Below are positions 27,406-39,575 of a stretch of DNA of 64,000 bases, in pieces. How positions within the stretch are numbered: the stretch's first letter is position 1; each line of letters opens with the position of its first letter. The notes under the pieces were generated by a model, which made no database searches, was not told the origin of the DNA, and saw only the letters and a list, made by a program, of their open reading frames with translations. This DNA is from Octopus sinensis (Eukaryota). Made by a program: the position numbers and the translations under genes. The DNA lies in NCBI RefSeq assembly GCF_006345805.1, contig NC_043001.1, forward strand, positions 54,870,001-54,934,000, read 5' to 3'.

Positions 27406-27935
27406 TATGCTTACAGACTCGGAAAGTTTGTGAGGAACCTATTGATCCAATTTACTGACTTTTCCGATGGCACACAGGTGTCGATGAATGGTTGAATGAC
27501 CAAATCCAAGTTCTCTGCTAGTTCCTCAACATTTATGATGAGATTTTGTTCCATCAGGGTTTGCAGGACGTCCTCGTCGAGCTCTACAGATCTACTAGGA
27601 CGAGGCTCGTCTTCTACGTTGTAGTTTCCGGTTCGGAATTTCTGGAACCACCGTTGACACTGGCTTACGCTTATTGTCTGATCCCCATATGCTGCATTAA
27701 TGTTGCTCGCATTTTCCGTTGCGTTGTTGCCTTTGTTGAACTCATAAGGCAAAATATGCCGAATATGGTCCGTTGTCACTTCCATTATAGCTTTGAAAAA
27801 ATAACTGTTAAAATAGAATTGCTCTCTTCAAAACTTGCACTAAGAACAAGTCAAGGTAAAATTGCTGCAGGTAGTTTATCCCGTTCCCCCTACTTTTAGT
27901 TCATAGAACTGAAAAATGATGAGAGCGATGTGGAG
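27405..27935 (-). mobile_element. Mariner transposase 5' fragment
   Basis: ORF 27411..27785 HIRHIL.YEFNKG.NATE...INAAYG...QRWFQKFR.G...EDEPR.SR (Mos1/Hsmar-type HTH). Confidence 0.92.
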
Positions 27936-27946
27936 ATTTAAAAATG

Positions 27947-28000
<54 letters not shown>

Positions 28001-28269
28001 ATATGCTGACGTAGTAAATTTTGTAACATCACAGCAACTTTATTTATTTTATTCTCTCATTCTATTCCGTCCTTTGCCTTTTCCAATTGTACTTTAGTAT
28101 ATATAAAAATAAGGCATAACTAGTATTATTTCACTATACGAACGGAAAATATGCTAAAATCTGTAGATATTAATATATTCATGAATGTAAGCACACACGC
28201 GCATACATACATATATGTGTGTATGGCAAACAAAAGACTTAAGATGTAATATACAAGAATTTATTATTA

Positions 28270-28375
28270 ATCACGACAGTTGTTTCGACACATCTAGCAT
28301 CAATCCCTCATTGGTGGGACACTCAGCAACTGGTTCAGGAGCATCCGGTGGTGCAGATGTATCTTGTCGGGTGAT
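28270..28375 (-). ncRNA. Degenerate type I hammerhead ribozyme downstream of a Penelope element
   Basis: atcac CCGACAA gatacatct...agatgtgtc GAAA caactg TC gtgat: 5-bp stem I and 9-bp stem II intact; core U4C and G8A. Confidence 0.6.
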
Positions 28376-28939
28376 AAATAAATGCAACTCGTTAAAATAA
28401 CAGTTCCGCTATGTAACTTCTCGTTTTGTAGGAAGAAAAGCAGCCAGACAGAGGTAATATCTTCATTTATATAGAAGATCAAAAATAAAGTCACAGATGG
28501 AAAAAAGAGAAACGAACACTCAATCCAGCGAGAAAGTATTAAAAATAACCTTTAACATATATGGATGTTTAAACGTCCACAGGCAAGCTGCATGGCCTGA
28601 GTACACCGCTCATACAAACATCCGCGAAAATGTGAGCATACGCACACGTGAAGTTTGTTGCACTTATGATCACAAAGCGAGTTAACTATCTACTATCCCT
28701 CTCCTGTGTGTACAGTACATTTATATACAAGATTTGTACTCATACAGAGATTCATCAAAGGACATTTTGATTTTTCTCTGAATGTACATTTATCGTATTT
28801 ATTTGTATATAAGACAGTCCCGACTCCATTTACCGACGTTGTTACTGTGTTAGCTGTATCATAAGTATTTCTACTACTGCAATTTGGTCGTAATTGGTGT
28901 TTGTAATTGCGGTTTACAGTTCCTTGGTTGGTTTTAGAT

Positions 28940-29897
28940 GCATATGTTCGCTAAATCAAGTAGGTCTGTTATTGAACCATTGCCGTATTTTGCTATTGTT
29001 TATGCAATGCATAAGCTGCTCTAAATTAGCAGAGTCGGCATAGGACACCTTCACAGTGTGTCGATTAAAAATAACATGATACTGATAAGATTTAGGAAAA
29101 CCTTTGTCCAAAGCAGCAAAAAATTTTCAAGCGATCTTGGTTGAAACATGCGAACCGAAAATCGGGTTGAACCAGAGAACATCCTGATTCCTAATTTTGT
29201 TATTAGGCTTATTTGATTGGGTGTGTTAAACAGGATTGGAACAAGCAGTTGGATTATTATGTCGCGTGTGTCTATGAGTTTTCGTTGATAGTTCATTGAT
29301 ATGACCAATTCTTCCTGGCCTGTATTCTTTATTTGAGTACTCAAACCGTCACGCTGTGATGGTGTACAATGTGTATTACAATTAAAAGAATTACTAGTGT
29401 TGTGTATGCTTACTCCTTGTATCTATTGAATTTTTTCACGGTATCCAGCCCTAGCTCGAGCAGTATTATAATAAGTCGCATGTGATTCGAAAATTTTATT
29501 ATTAGCGGATAATCTAGAAATTCTTGTAGAAATATTCTTAACTTGTACCCGTATAATCGAAGGTGGATGGTTGGATGCTATGTTAAAGTACTTTATATGA
29601 TCATTTGGCTTATGAAATGGTTCAGATAATCCAGTATCAAGACAGAAGGTAGCGTCAAGAAAATTCCTTCTACGATAATCTTTACCCACAGTAAAGTTTA
29701 GTCCTAAATTTTTGAAAGGTCTAAAGAAATGTTTCCTTTGTCTTTCTAACTGTACCTTGCTACTTCTGTTCAGAAAAAATAAGGCATCATCTCTGTATAG
29801 ACCACTGTTACTTCCGGAAAGGAAGACTGGATTAATGAAAGGATATATATTCCGATTAGGTCGTCAGTGACTTGAGCAGAAGCGTATGTGCTCATTG
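28940..29897 (-). pseudogene. Penelope-like element RT/thumb fragment
   Basis: SAQVTD.LIGIYIL, LYRDDAL, NFLDATF, PFHKPND...Y.NIASNHPPSII. Confidence 0.85.
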
Positions 29898-29902
29898 TGT
29901 AT

Positions 29903-29961
<59 letters not shown>

Positions 29962-29966
<5 letters not shown>

Positions 29967-30272
29967 GGGTTGGCTGAAAAGTTCATAGGTTAACCAATAT
30001 ACTCTCATGGAATGTGACCAAATGGGCTTTATTTTTCTACATAGTCCCTCTTGTGGTCCACGCACTTCTTCCATCAGTGTTGCAGTACTTGCATCCCTTG
30101 GTGAAGAAGCTTTCATTTAGTTGGTCAAAAAGTTCATTAATTCGCAGCCAAATGCTTTTTCTCATATTGGTGAACAAATCAGAGGTTGCCAAATCAGTTC
30201 AAAGCCACAGTTACGTACAGCAGCTTTTGAAACCAACGACTTTTGTGCTGGAGCATTGTCCTGATGAAACAA
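29962..30272 (-). mobile_element. Mariner 3' end fragment
   Basis: TIR-like caagggttggctgaaaagttcatagg and a C-terminal W..CVD..GDYVEK-like sequence on minus. Confidence 0.75.
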
Positions 30273-31153
30273 GTTGCAAGATTTTAGCTATAGTTGTGAG
30301 GTACGTTGATTTTCATAAGCATGATATAGGAGACGCATTGATAGACACAGCAGCTGTGAGAAAGAAATAGTTATTTAGAAAATATTGGATTCACATGCGA
30401 TAAATTTTCTTCCATGGTGAACACCGGAAGAGGGCTTATTGAAATATAATGTACTTTCTGTTTCTATAGTAGAATGTCTTTCATTTTTTATTCACTACAC
30501 GACTTATATTTCCAGCATGAAGTTTTCTAATAAGATTTAACGTTTTACTTTTCTCGTTGCAGTAACAGAGAAATGTAGTTGCATTAACTTGCCATGAAAT
30601 TTCTTATCCTGCATGACTAAGGAGGGTTTCTGGGAATATCTGTTATAGTAATATTACAGAGAATTTCATGATTAAATTCTTTATTTCCACAGTGAAACGG
30701 TAATCGACAAATTTGAAGGCATCAGGAAAATTTATGACAAATTAAGAAATCTCCGAACCAGTTTGTGTTATTGGAGATAAATTTATTGAACATTTCATAT
30801 TGCATTTTCCGTACTTAATGATGTCATCAGAAGACAAACATATATGGTGTTCATTTACTAAAAATGAATTATGAATTACTGAAGAACATTAAATTACCAG
30901 TAATTAATCCAGGCAATGAAAGTAATCACTTGAATATTAATGGCGTTTAAGTCAGGCAAAAGGGAACGGTATATCAGAAATGAAGACAACTTTTCAGTCC
31001 AAGGAATTGGACAGTGGGAATCAAATCCCCAAGATAATACCGCAATAATTAGAGGCTTAGTCCTGTCAGAAAAATACCTCAGACAAAGCTGAGTTTAGTG
31101 AGAGTGCTCCAACTGGAAGTACCAATACTTCTGAAAAAAATCATGTTATTACA

Positions 31154-31154
<1 letters not shown>

Positions 31155-31190
<36 letters not shown>

Positions 31191-31300
31191 TCTCTCTCTC
31201 TCTTTCTCTCTCCCTTTCTTCCCCCACCTCTCTATCTCCCTTTTTCCCCTCTCTCTCTCTCTCTGTTTCTCTCCTACACACAATATGTGTGTGTGTGTGT
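31155..31300. repeat. (CT)n-rich plus (GT)n microsatellite
   Basis: Read directly. Confidence 0.9.
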
Positions 31301-31903
31301 ACGTGTGATCAAAAAGACTTCGAAAGTAACTAGTAGCGACTTCTCTTTGTGTGTGGATGTGCATGCGTGTGTAGGTGTGCTGTTAAATAGAAAATCATGT
31401 ACGCACAAATACATTGATGAAATAAAAGCCAAATGTTTCCGATGACCAAGAAACAAACTTAAACCACAACAATAAGATTGACAAAAGCAATCAGCAGCAT
31501 TAATTGTTTTTCATGGTTCTGTAAGGTACTTACCAGAGATTAGCATATCTGTAGACGAAGTGATGTTATCTACACAGGATTAGCATTACTGTAGGTGAAC
31601 GTAATGGATTTATTAGATGCAAAGGCCGCGACAGGATTTTTATGAGAAGCTACATTACAAATACACACATATATGTAAATAAATTGACACAGAAATGTGT
31701 TCAACATAGATCTTTACAAATACATACACTCATACACGTATGCATACACCTATCCTTACAAAATCACGAATGATATACACATGCACCTACGCAAATATAC
31801 ACAAGCGCACTATATACAGGTATACATACAAGCATTTTTACAAATACCACACACACACACACGCACACTACACACACACACACACAACACACACACACAC
31901 ACA

Positions 31904-31934
<31 letters not shown>

Positions 31935-32589
31935 CTCGCATACAAATATTCGCACTTAGAGCCGGAACTTTACTAGAGCTCGCTCGATCTGCTTAGAATA
32001 GCAGTTACATCTCAAGAGAAAGAGACGCCATATAATATAGTCCTAAGATACACAATGTCTCAGAAAAAGACGAGTGAACATGGCTGAAAAACCTTTGATC
32101 ATAGGTTTGTTAGGCGAAAGCTTCTGACCGCGAACTAAATAACAACAGCTGACACTAAAAGTCTACACTGTCACACATTCTTATAGAGGAATGTTTCGGT
32201 GACATTCTAACTTAGAGATTTCATACCTTACAGGTTGACTGAATCGTTATCGTTTGACATATGATATATTGGCTTTTGTTAGGCCAGTTGTTGGTTGACT
32301 CAGTGCTGAGTCATCTATATAACACTCTCAGTTCTCTGCCATTATTTTCCTTTTTCTTTTATATTACTGGCTCCATATCCTATTATCTCCACACGACATA
32401 CTTCTACTAATAGTAAATGGATCCTCCGTTGATTTCGACGAGTATGCAGCTTTTCGATCAGTCGACCTGCTCATTATTTAAATTATAGTGTAAGGTATCG
32501 GTTTGAGCTGAATAGTCTACAGACATTGTATCTCTAATGTGGCCAAACTCCTAGTAGACTTAGGTTGAGACCGAGTGTCGCTAGCCCTT

Positions 32590-33136
32590 TTGAATTACAC
32601 CGAGCAGAAACCCTCGTTGTGCCAAGTTCATTGAGCAGAATATTCTCAACTATCTCACGGGATACGTTAATAACATTGACTATTTGAGGTATAGTGAATC
32701 GCCTATATTCCAACACCATGTGGTGAATACCTATCAATGTTTTCCTCAGTGCTGGCAGTTTCAGGACGTCCAGATCTTGGGTCATCTTCCTGACTCTCCC
32801 TTTTCCTCCTAAATTCAGCTGTCCACTTTTGCACTGTTGATAAAGCTGGAACGTCGTCCCCTAATGTAGCAACCATGTCAGCACGAATATCCATGGGGGC
32901 TAAAAAATGTTTGCTGCAGATGCTTGATAATACTAAGATACCAAATTTTGTCGATTTTAAAGAAAAGTCGCTACTAGTTACTTTCGAAGTTTTTTTGATC
33001 AGTCAGATGTCAGTTTACCCGGAAAGAAACAAATTAGTTATTAATAAGAAGTGTTGAAATTAATACATGCAACATTTCACAGCTCTAGCATCTCTCCTTC
33101 ATAATCAGACCATAAACTTTCCTGGTCACCCTCGTA
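32590..33136 (-). mobile_element. Mariner 5' half with TIR
   Basis: DMVATLGDD.PALSTVQKW.AEFRR.RES.EDDPRSGRP...TEENID; IL.NELG..RVSAR; TIR TAcgagggtgaccaggaaagttta. Confidence 0.9.
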
Positions 33137-33619
33137 TAATGGAAATTCTTCCTGAAAGGCATATTAACCAAATATACAAAATAAAAGCAAGTAGTTTCAC
33201 ATGGTAGTACACAACATAGCTAAAGCTTTGAAGGTTTGAGAGGAAGTTACCAGACTTAGATTTTGCCATCTCACATCATCAGGAGAATGGTCATATTCAT
33301 ATTTAGATTAAGACACTTACGTGAAGTGGCCTCTTAATGACTACCGACTATTGATGCGGCGATCAGGAATGAATGCGTCTGCAAGAATGAATTACCACCA
33401 ATTCTGTAGCTTTCTCACTCTTGACGGAGCAATGAAAGTGTTGCGTAGGCAGAACAGTTAACAGTCGTCCAGGTAATTTCATCCTCCGCCAATATGCAGT
33501 CGGAGCGGAGAAAATGGGGTTTTGGCTTTGTCATACTGATGTAGATCTTCGTCAGTGTAAGCACCCATGATAGTAAGAAAAGAGATATGGAGCGCAAAAT
33601 TTGCCATACTCTATAGTGA

Positions 33620-33782
33620 ATTCATGACAGAGTGATTAAAAAACTCACTTTGTAACCAAGTGGTTTCAGTGTCAGTCCCACTATGTGAATTCTTGGACAA
33701 GTATATTCTGCTATAGTCTCGGACCGACCAATATCGTGAATGAATCTGGTAGGCAGAAACTATGTAAAAACCTGTCGTATAC
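33620..33782 (+). mobile_element. SINE family B 5' part, old
   Basis: tcagtcccactatgtg..cttggacaagt...ctatagtctcggaccgacc. Confidence 0.7.
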
Positions 33783-33860
33783 ATGCATACATTCATTCAT
33801 ACACACACGCGTATATGTGTATGCATATATATATATATGTATGTAAATATGTATGTATGT

Positions 33861-34650
33861 CATTATTCAGTTTTATTTCAAGATTTCTTGCAAATAGGGA
33901 AAGAACCGGTTTCTAACATAGATCCAAGTCTCCTTCATTGAAATTTCAACATCAAAAACAGGGCACATTTGTATGTTTTGTTTTATGTATGTATTCTCAT
34001 GCATGTACTTGCATATCTAGACATGCTATATACTTAAATGGTAAACTTCTGGAAAGTTTTACAGATTTTTACAATTCCAGTGATAAACTGGATCTGTAGT
34101 CTTCGAATCAGCTTTCTTCTTTCTGATTTTGAGGAGGCTAATTTCTCAAGATTGGTACTTAGGCAGTGTGTTACATATCCTAGTGCGCCAATAATTACAG
34201 GTATAAACCTGAACTTGTAATCTGGATAGAGTAACTGCAGATTTCTCAATAGTTCACTGTAGGTGTTATCTTTTTCACTGATCTTCAGCTTTATGTTAAC
34301 ATCCGCTGGGCAGCTAATTTCCACAACTGTGCACAGTTTCTCTTCTCAATCCCAAATCATTATATCAGGTCTGTTGCGTTTACATTATATTGAGGTTTCC
34401 ACTGGGACATTCCACCAGTACACCTTTATATTATGAATGGCTATGGCTTCCACCATACTGTAGGTTCTTATTTCTTTGACCTCGGGGTTATCCTTTCGAC
34501 AGACCTCATTATACAGTGTCCTAGTTACAACGTCATCTCTCATCGGTAGATAATACTGTGATGATATTTTCAGACAACTGCTTATGATGTGGGTGATATC
34601 TTCGGTGTTAACTCCATAAAGACTGCATCGGTTGTCACATTTTACTGCTT
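33861..34650 (-). pseudogene. Dong/R4-type LINE 3' end (zinc knuckle + RLE + 3' UTR)
   Basis: DNRC.L.GVNTEDITHIISSC (CCHC), YWWNVP, RPDIMIWD, EISCPADVN...KDNTYSEL...FIPVIIGALG. Confidence 0.92.
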
Positions 34651-34694
34651 TTCCTGCATATATGTATATATGTAAATGTATATATGTGTTTATG

Positions 34695-34748
<54 letters not shown>

Positions 34749-35103
34749 CACACACACACGCACGCACGCACGTACGCACTCACGCACGTACGCACGCTCG
34801 CGCACACACACACACACACGGTATGGACCAGACTATCGGATGCTGATACATATTGCAGGTCACAAAGCACTTTACTTTGTTTTTAGCTTTCAGATGATGC
34901 CACCTCGCTAGCTAGGCAGGCAGGCCAACATTATCCTGAACCGAAAGACCGTGCGTTGCTGGGTTAATCATTTACAGCAGAGTGGACTGGAGCAGAGTGA
35001 AATTAGGTATTTTGCTCAAGAATGCATCGCACAGCCGCTCGGGGAATCGAAACTATGTTCACGCGAACGTGTGTGCAATACCCTAACCACTCGGCTATGC
35101 ACG

Positions 35104-35144
<41 letters not shown>

Positions 35145-35153
35145 GTGTATATA

Positions 35154-35382
35154 TTTCTTTACTACCCACAAGGGGCTAAACACAGAGGGGACAAACAAGG
35201 ACAGGCAAAGCGATTAAGTCGATTCCATCGACCCCAGTGCGTAACTGGTACTTAATTTATCGACCCCGAAAGGATGAAAGGCAAAGTCGACCTTGGCGGA
35301 ATTTGAACTCAGAACGTAACGGCACACGAAATACGGCTACGTATTTCGCCCGGCGTGCTACCGTTTCTGCCAGCTCGCCGCC
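35154..35382 (-). mobile_element. SINE family A long-tail monomer
   Basis: Full head and tail; TSD acaagtgtata. Confidence 0.9.
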
Positions 35383-35414
35383 ATACATATACAAGTGTAT
35401 ATGTATTTATATAT

Positions 35415-35600
35415 GTGTGCACGTGTCGCTTTTGTGTTCGTATTTGTCCACCCACTGCTTAGCAGTTCGGCCAAAGTGACCGATATAATGAATACTAGAC
35501 TTGAAATATCAGCACTGAGATTGATTTGTCCAAGTAAACTCTTCAAGGGAGTGCCTCAGAATAACCGCAATCGAATGACCGAAACGAGTAAAGAATAAAG
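35415..35600 (+). mobile_element. SINE family B 3' half, diverged
   Basis: ttagcagttcggccaaagtgaccgata...gaccgaaacgagtaaagaata. Confidence 0.7.
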
Positions 35601-35631
35601 GTTAAAAAGGTATGTATAAAGGTATGGATGA

Positions 35632-35677
<46 letters not shown>

Positions 35678-36529
35678 ATGTATGCCTGAAAGTGTGCGTG
35701 TGTGCGCGCGCACGCAACATCACGCACACTTTCATGCATACTCATGGAATACGTACCATAAAATTAGTACTTATGAGATGGTGGGGTACAACGTGTCCCA
35801 GAAATTCATTATTCTGTTTAAGTGCAGGGAACAACGTCTATTATCAAAGCCATCACCATCACTACCATCACTACCATCACTATTATTACTACTACTACTG
35901 CTGTTGAATCACCTAATAATAAATTAACGATATTATTCATAGCCGACAGGTGGAGAACGTCAATAGGAAGGCGTGAAAAACAAAACAAAGTTTTATACTT
36001 CTACATCAAAGGAGAACGTATAAAAAGAAGGAAAACAAGGAGCTTAACAAGTCGCCTAAAAATAGATTTCCAGCACTGATGGGATCATAGCTGATATACG
36101 TCATAAGAGCACCAATCAACCTTAGTAGGGGGTGCTTATTAGCTATCATAACAGACTCACTTGATTGGATAGATTACTTGTAGGTAATTAATTGCTAATT
36201 AAAGATGACAGAGGTAGGCTAATGAGGAGATTGGGTCTGTATATTTTAGTATTGTGAGAGTTGGATATTAGTAAACAAGACAGAAAACTTCTCCCGCACT
36301 TACCTCCCCACCCACGCCACTCCATATCTTTCTTTCTTTATCTGTCTCTCATCCCACCATGCATGCCATACATACATACATACATACATAGTCAAATCAT
36401 ACATCCGAAGCGACAAGTCACGTATATGGTTTGGGAGACTGTAGAAAAAACGATGAATACTATCTCCAGCTTTGGAGCCACAACTACCAGCCTTGTTAAA
36501 TAACTGGTTAATCTTCAGTCTTCAAGGTC

Positions 36530-36970
36530 CCATGTTGTACTCCATTGTGAACTGTATGTTTGGGTTGACGCTGTTCAATAGGCTTTTGAATTTTAGGAGT
36601 TTATCTGTTTTCATTCCAGAGTATAAAACAGTCGTCTAGGAATCTTTTCCAAGTCTCTTTTATGTATTGGGAAAGGGGGTTTCCAAAGGTCGATAAAGAT
36701 TCCTGGTATATTATTACCTCCAGGTAGCCCATTGTTAGGTTCGCAATGACTGGTGCTGCACTTGTACCCATAGCAATTCCGGATTTTTGACGGTAAAATG
36801 TATTGTCAAACATGAAGTGGTTATTTTGTAGGATGAATTCAACCGATTTAGTAATGAATTCTTTACTGATCCTTTTTGGTATTTCTTCCGGAAATTGGTC
36901 CAGCCAGAACTGACTTGCCTCTAGTCCATAATTATGAGGTATACTGGTATATAAATTAACTACACAACCA
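36530..36970 (-). pseudogene. Penelope RT core, inverted relative to the rest of the element
   Basis: VVNLYTSIPH, FILQNNHFMFD..FYRQKSGIAMGT.AAP.IANL.MG.LE, WKRFLDDCFILW, LNSVNPNIQFTME. Confidence 0.95.
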
Positions 36971-37918
36971 AAAGAAGCTTCCATTCTTAGATATACTAAT
37001 TAAAAAATTAACCTAAAAATAGAAACGGACATATTTTACTAAACCACAGACGCCAAACAATATCTACTTTTTGATTCATGCCACCCAAGACACACTAAAA
37101 CAAACATCCCCTTCAACCTTGCAAGAAGGATATGCACAGTAGTGTCAGAACAAAATGCCAGAAACTTTAGACTACAAGAACTAAAAAACACCCTAATTGA
37201 CAGATGCTACCCAGTTCAACTCATAGAGGATGGAATCAGACGTGCAACAGAAATCGACATAGAAACTTTAAGAAAAGTTCAACACAGCAACACACATTCC
37301 CCGAAAATACTGCCGTACATATCCACATACATCCCCAGAAACAAAGAAGCCTTCACTATCATCATCCAGAATTTACCAATGCTACATAAGGACCACAAAT
37401 TAAAGAAAATTTTAAACATGCATAAAATCATTAAAAGCTACAAACAACGTAAATCACTAAAAAAAGATCCTCACAAAAGCAAAATTATTTTCTAAAATAA
37501 CGGATGCAAAAGTAAAACAAAATGTGGTAGACCAAACTGCGCAACATGCCCAAATATTCTAGAAGGATCAGAATTCCTCTTCAAAGAGGAACAAAAATTC
37601 AAGATCAAATCTAATTTTACTTGTGCTTCAGAAAACCTAATTTATGTCATAAGATGCTCGGGCTGCCACCAAAACTACATAGGGTCCACGGGATTATCGC
37701 TCAGACGCAGATGCACTCTGCATCGACAACAGATTGCATTCCTAGAATACAGAATGATACCCTTTAGTGAACATATTGAGAAATGCGCAAAGCAACTTCT
37801 ACCACAATTTCTAATCTTTCCATTCTATCAATGTGCTATTGGAACACCATCACAAGTTAGATTAAACGAGGAAACATTCTTCATTGAAAAATATAAGCCA
37901 AAACTTAACCATTTCTAA
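36971..37918 (+). pseudogene. Penelope RT thumb plus GIY-YIG endonuclease
   Basis: LPFLDI, QYLLFDSCHPRHTK.NIPFNLARRI, CGRPNCATCP, FTCASENLIYVIRC.GC.QNYIG.T..L..R...H. Confidence 0.93.
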
Positions 37919-38065
37919 CATTTTTAAACAAGAAAACTCATCTCATTGAAAAAATATAAAGCGATTATCTCCCTTATACCGGAAGAAATCTCTGATTACC
38001 TTCCTCTGCCTGGGACCCCATTTTTCACAACATAGCGAAGACATGACGCGATGTAGGTACAGAAA

Positions 38066-38348
38066 TTTGAGAACTTCGTCTCCAGCTGGCTTTAGGCACA
38101 CTTTCTGTGCTCTTATGGTATTTGCAAAGGGAGGTCATCCCTCCCTCGTCAACCTAAGTGATACGCACGGACTGCAGTTTTCCCTTCATCAAAAACCGGT
38201 GATTGTCGTACGCCGACGACAGGTCAATACTTAGAAACTGCAGTCCGTGTGTATCACTTAGGTTGACGAGGGAGGGATGACCTCCCTTTGCAAATACCAT
38301 AAGAGCACAGAAAGTGTGCCTAAAGCCAGATGGAGACGATGTTCTCAT
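38066..38348. repeat. Inverted repeat with ~115-bp arms (Penelope pLTR-like) and hammerhead motifs at its centre
   Basis: 38066-38180 is the reverse complement of 38235-38348. Confidence 0.92.
38208..38250 (+). ncRNA. Minimal type I hammerhead ribozyme, U4C variant
   Basis: gtacg CCGACGA cagg tcaata ctta GAAA ctgcag TC cgtgt: palindromic stem III ACTGCAGT, GUC triplet. Confidence 0.65.
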
Positions 38349-38466
38349 GGGGCTACAAGCTACAGTAACACCCACCCTTAGTGGTTAGCCATATTGAGAT
38401 GGCAAGTATACCTCACATTGTCGTGCAGTTACTGTTTATACCTCGTTCAGAGATTTATTATTGCTT

Positions 38467-38468
38467 AT

Positions 38469-38555
<87 letters not shown>

Positions 38556-38802
38556 GTATATGTATAGATGTATATGAATAGATGTATATGTATAGATGAA
38601 TAGTATAGATGTATATATATAGATGTATATATATATATATATATATGTATACATCTATACTATACATCTATACATATACATCTATTCATATACATCTATA
38701 CATATACATCTACACATATAAATCTCTCTCTATATATATACACCTCTCTATATATACATAATAAATATATATAATATATATATACATACACACATACATA
38801 CA

Positions 38803-38865
<63 letters not shown>
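38467..38865. repeat. (TA)/(TG)/(TACA) microsatellite block, partly self-inverted
   Basis: Read directly. Confidence 0.93.
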
Positions 38866-38866
<1 letters not shown>

Positions 38867-38884
38867 TAAAAGGAATTCCAACCT

Positions 38885-39560
38885 TGTCTGATTTTCACGT
38901 TTTATTTACAATATTATAATGATATAAGATAATATAATATAATAAAATAAAATAAAATAAAATAATAGAATGTTAAATGTTCATTCTGATTGAACTAGTA
39001 CTTTCATGCATTAAATTCTGCAATCTTCAGGTTCATGTAGTAGTGGTGACAGTCATGCTTCACAATTTTTGACTGTAGCGAGATGATTGAATCTGTGCCT
39101 TAAATACAGCTGTGTGGGCTCCAGATTGCTAGGTTTTGCAAACTGTATTCTGACCAATCAGTGTGTAGTATCACTCAATTACTTAAGCTGATTGGTTGGT
39201 TGAGCTGACTGGTTTAGGCGTCACGCTTTGTTGGACATGTCAAGAGTCCTGTATCTTAACCCTGGCCGAGGCAGCAAATGTTGGGCTATTTTTAGAAATG
39301 TTGTAAATAGCCTTTGTCAGAGATTTTTATATTTTTATATTTCAATTGTCATCATCATCATTGTCAGCACCTTAATTATTGTTGCTAGTGGTGATAGTGG
39401 TGGCAATAGAACTTTTAACCCTAAATAAAATAATTTTCCTGCTATCTAAGTATTATTATTATTGCTTATTTAGCTTGGGTTCGAATTTATCAATAAAATT
39501 CTTTTCTCTGATTTTCCTCTCGATTTCACTTGGGCTGTGTAATTTGTAGAATGGAAATAT
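38885..39560 (-). mobile_element. 5'-truncated Penelope 3' end (endonuclease C-terminus + pLTR)
   Basis: Minus strand 39560-39465 reads IFPFYKLHSPSEIERKIREKNFIDKFEPKLNK, homologous to LIFPFYQ...FFIEKYKPKLN at 37810-37910; followed by CCAAT, TATTTAAG and a hammerhead. Confidence 0.8.
38991..39035 (-). ncRNA. Minimal type I hammerhead ribozyme, canonical core
   Basis: tgaac CTGAAGA t-tgca gaatttaa tgca-t GAAA gtac TA gttca: 5-bp stem I, palindromic stem III AGTACT, CUA triplet. Confidence 0.82.
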
Positions 39561-39575
39561 TATATATATATATAT

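Noticed and set aside
30590-31010. Possible piggyBac relic (DKFEGIRKIYDKL, later a DNF-like motif)
   Set aside because: Similarity too weak and no TTAA/TIR found; needs a profile search.
33300-33600. APE endonuclease remnant of an RTE LINE on minus
   Set aside because: Only a faint YA(P)T-like motif; insufficient support.
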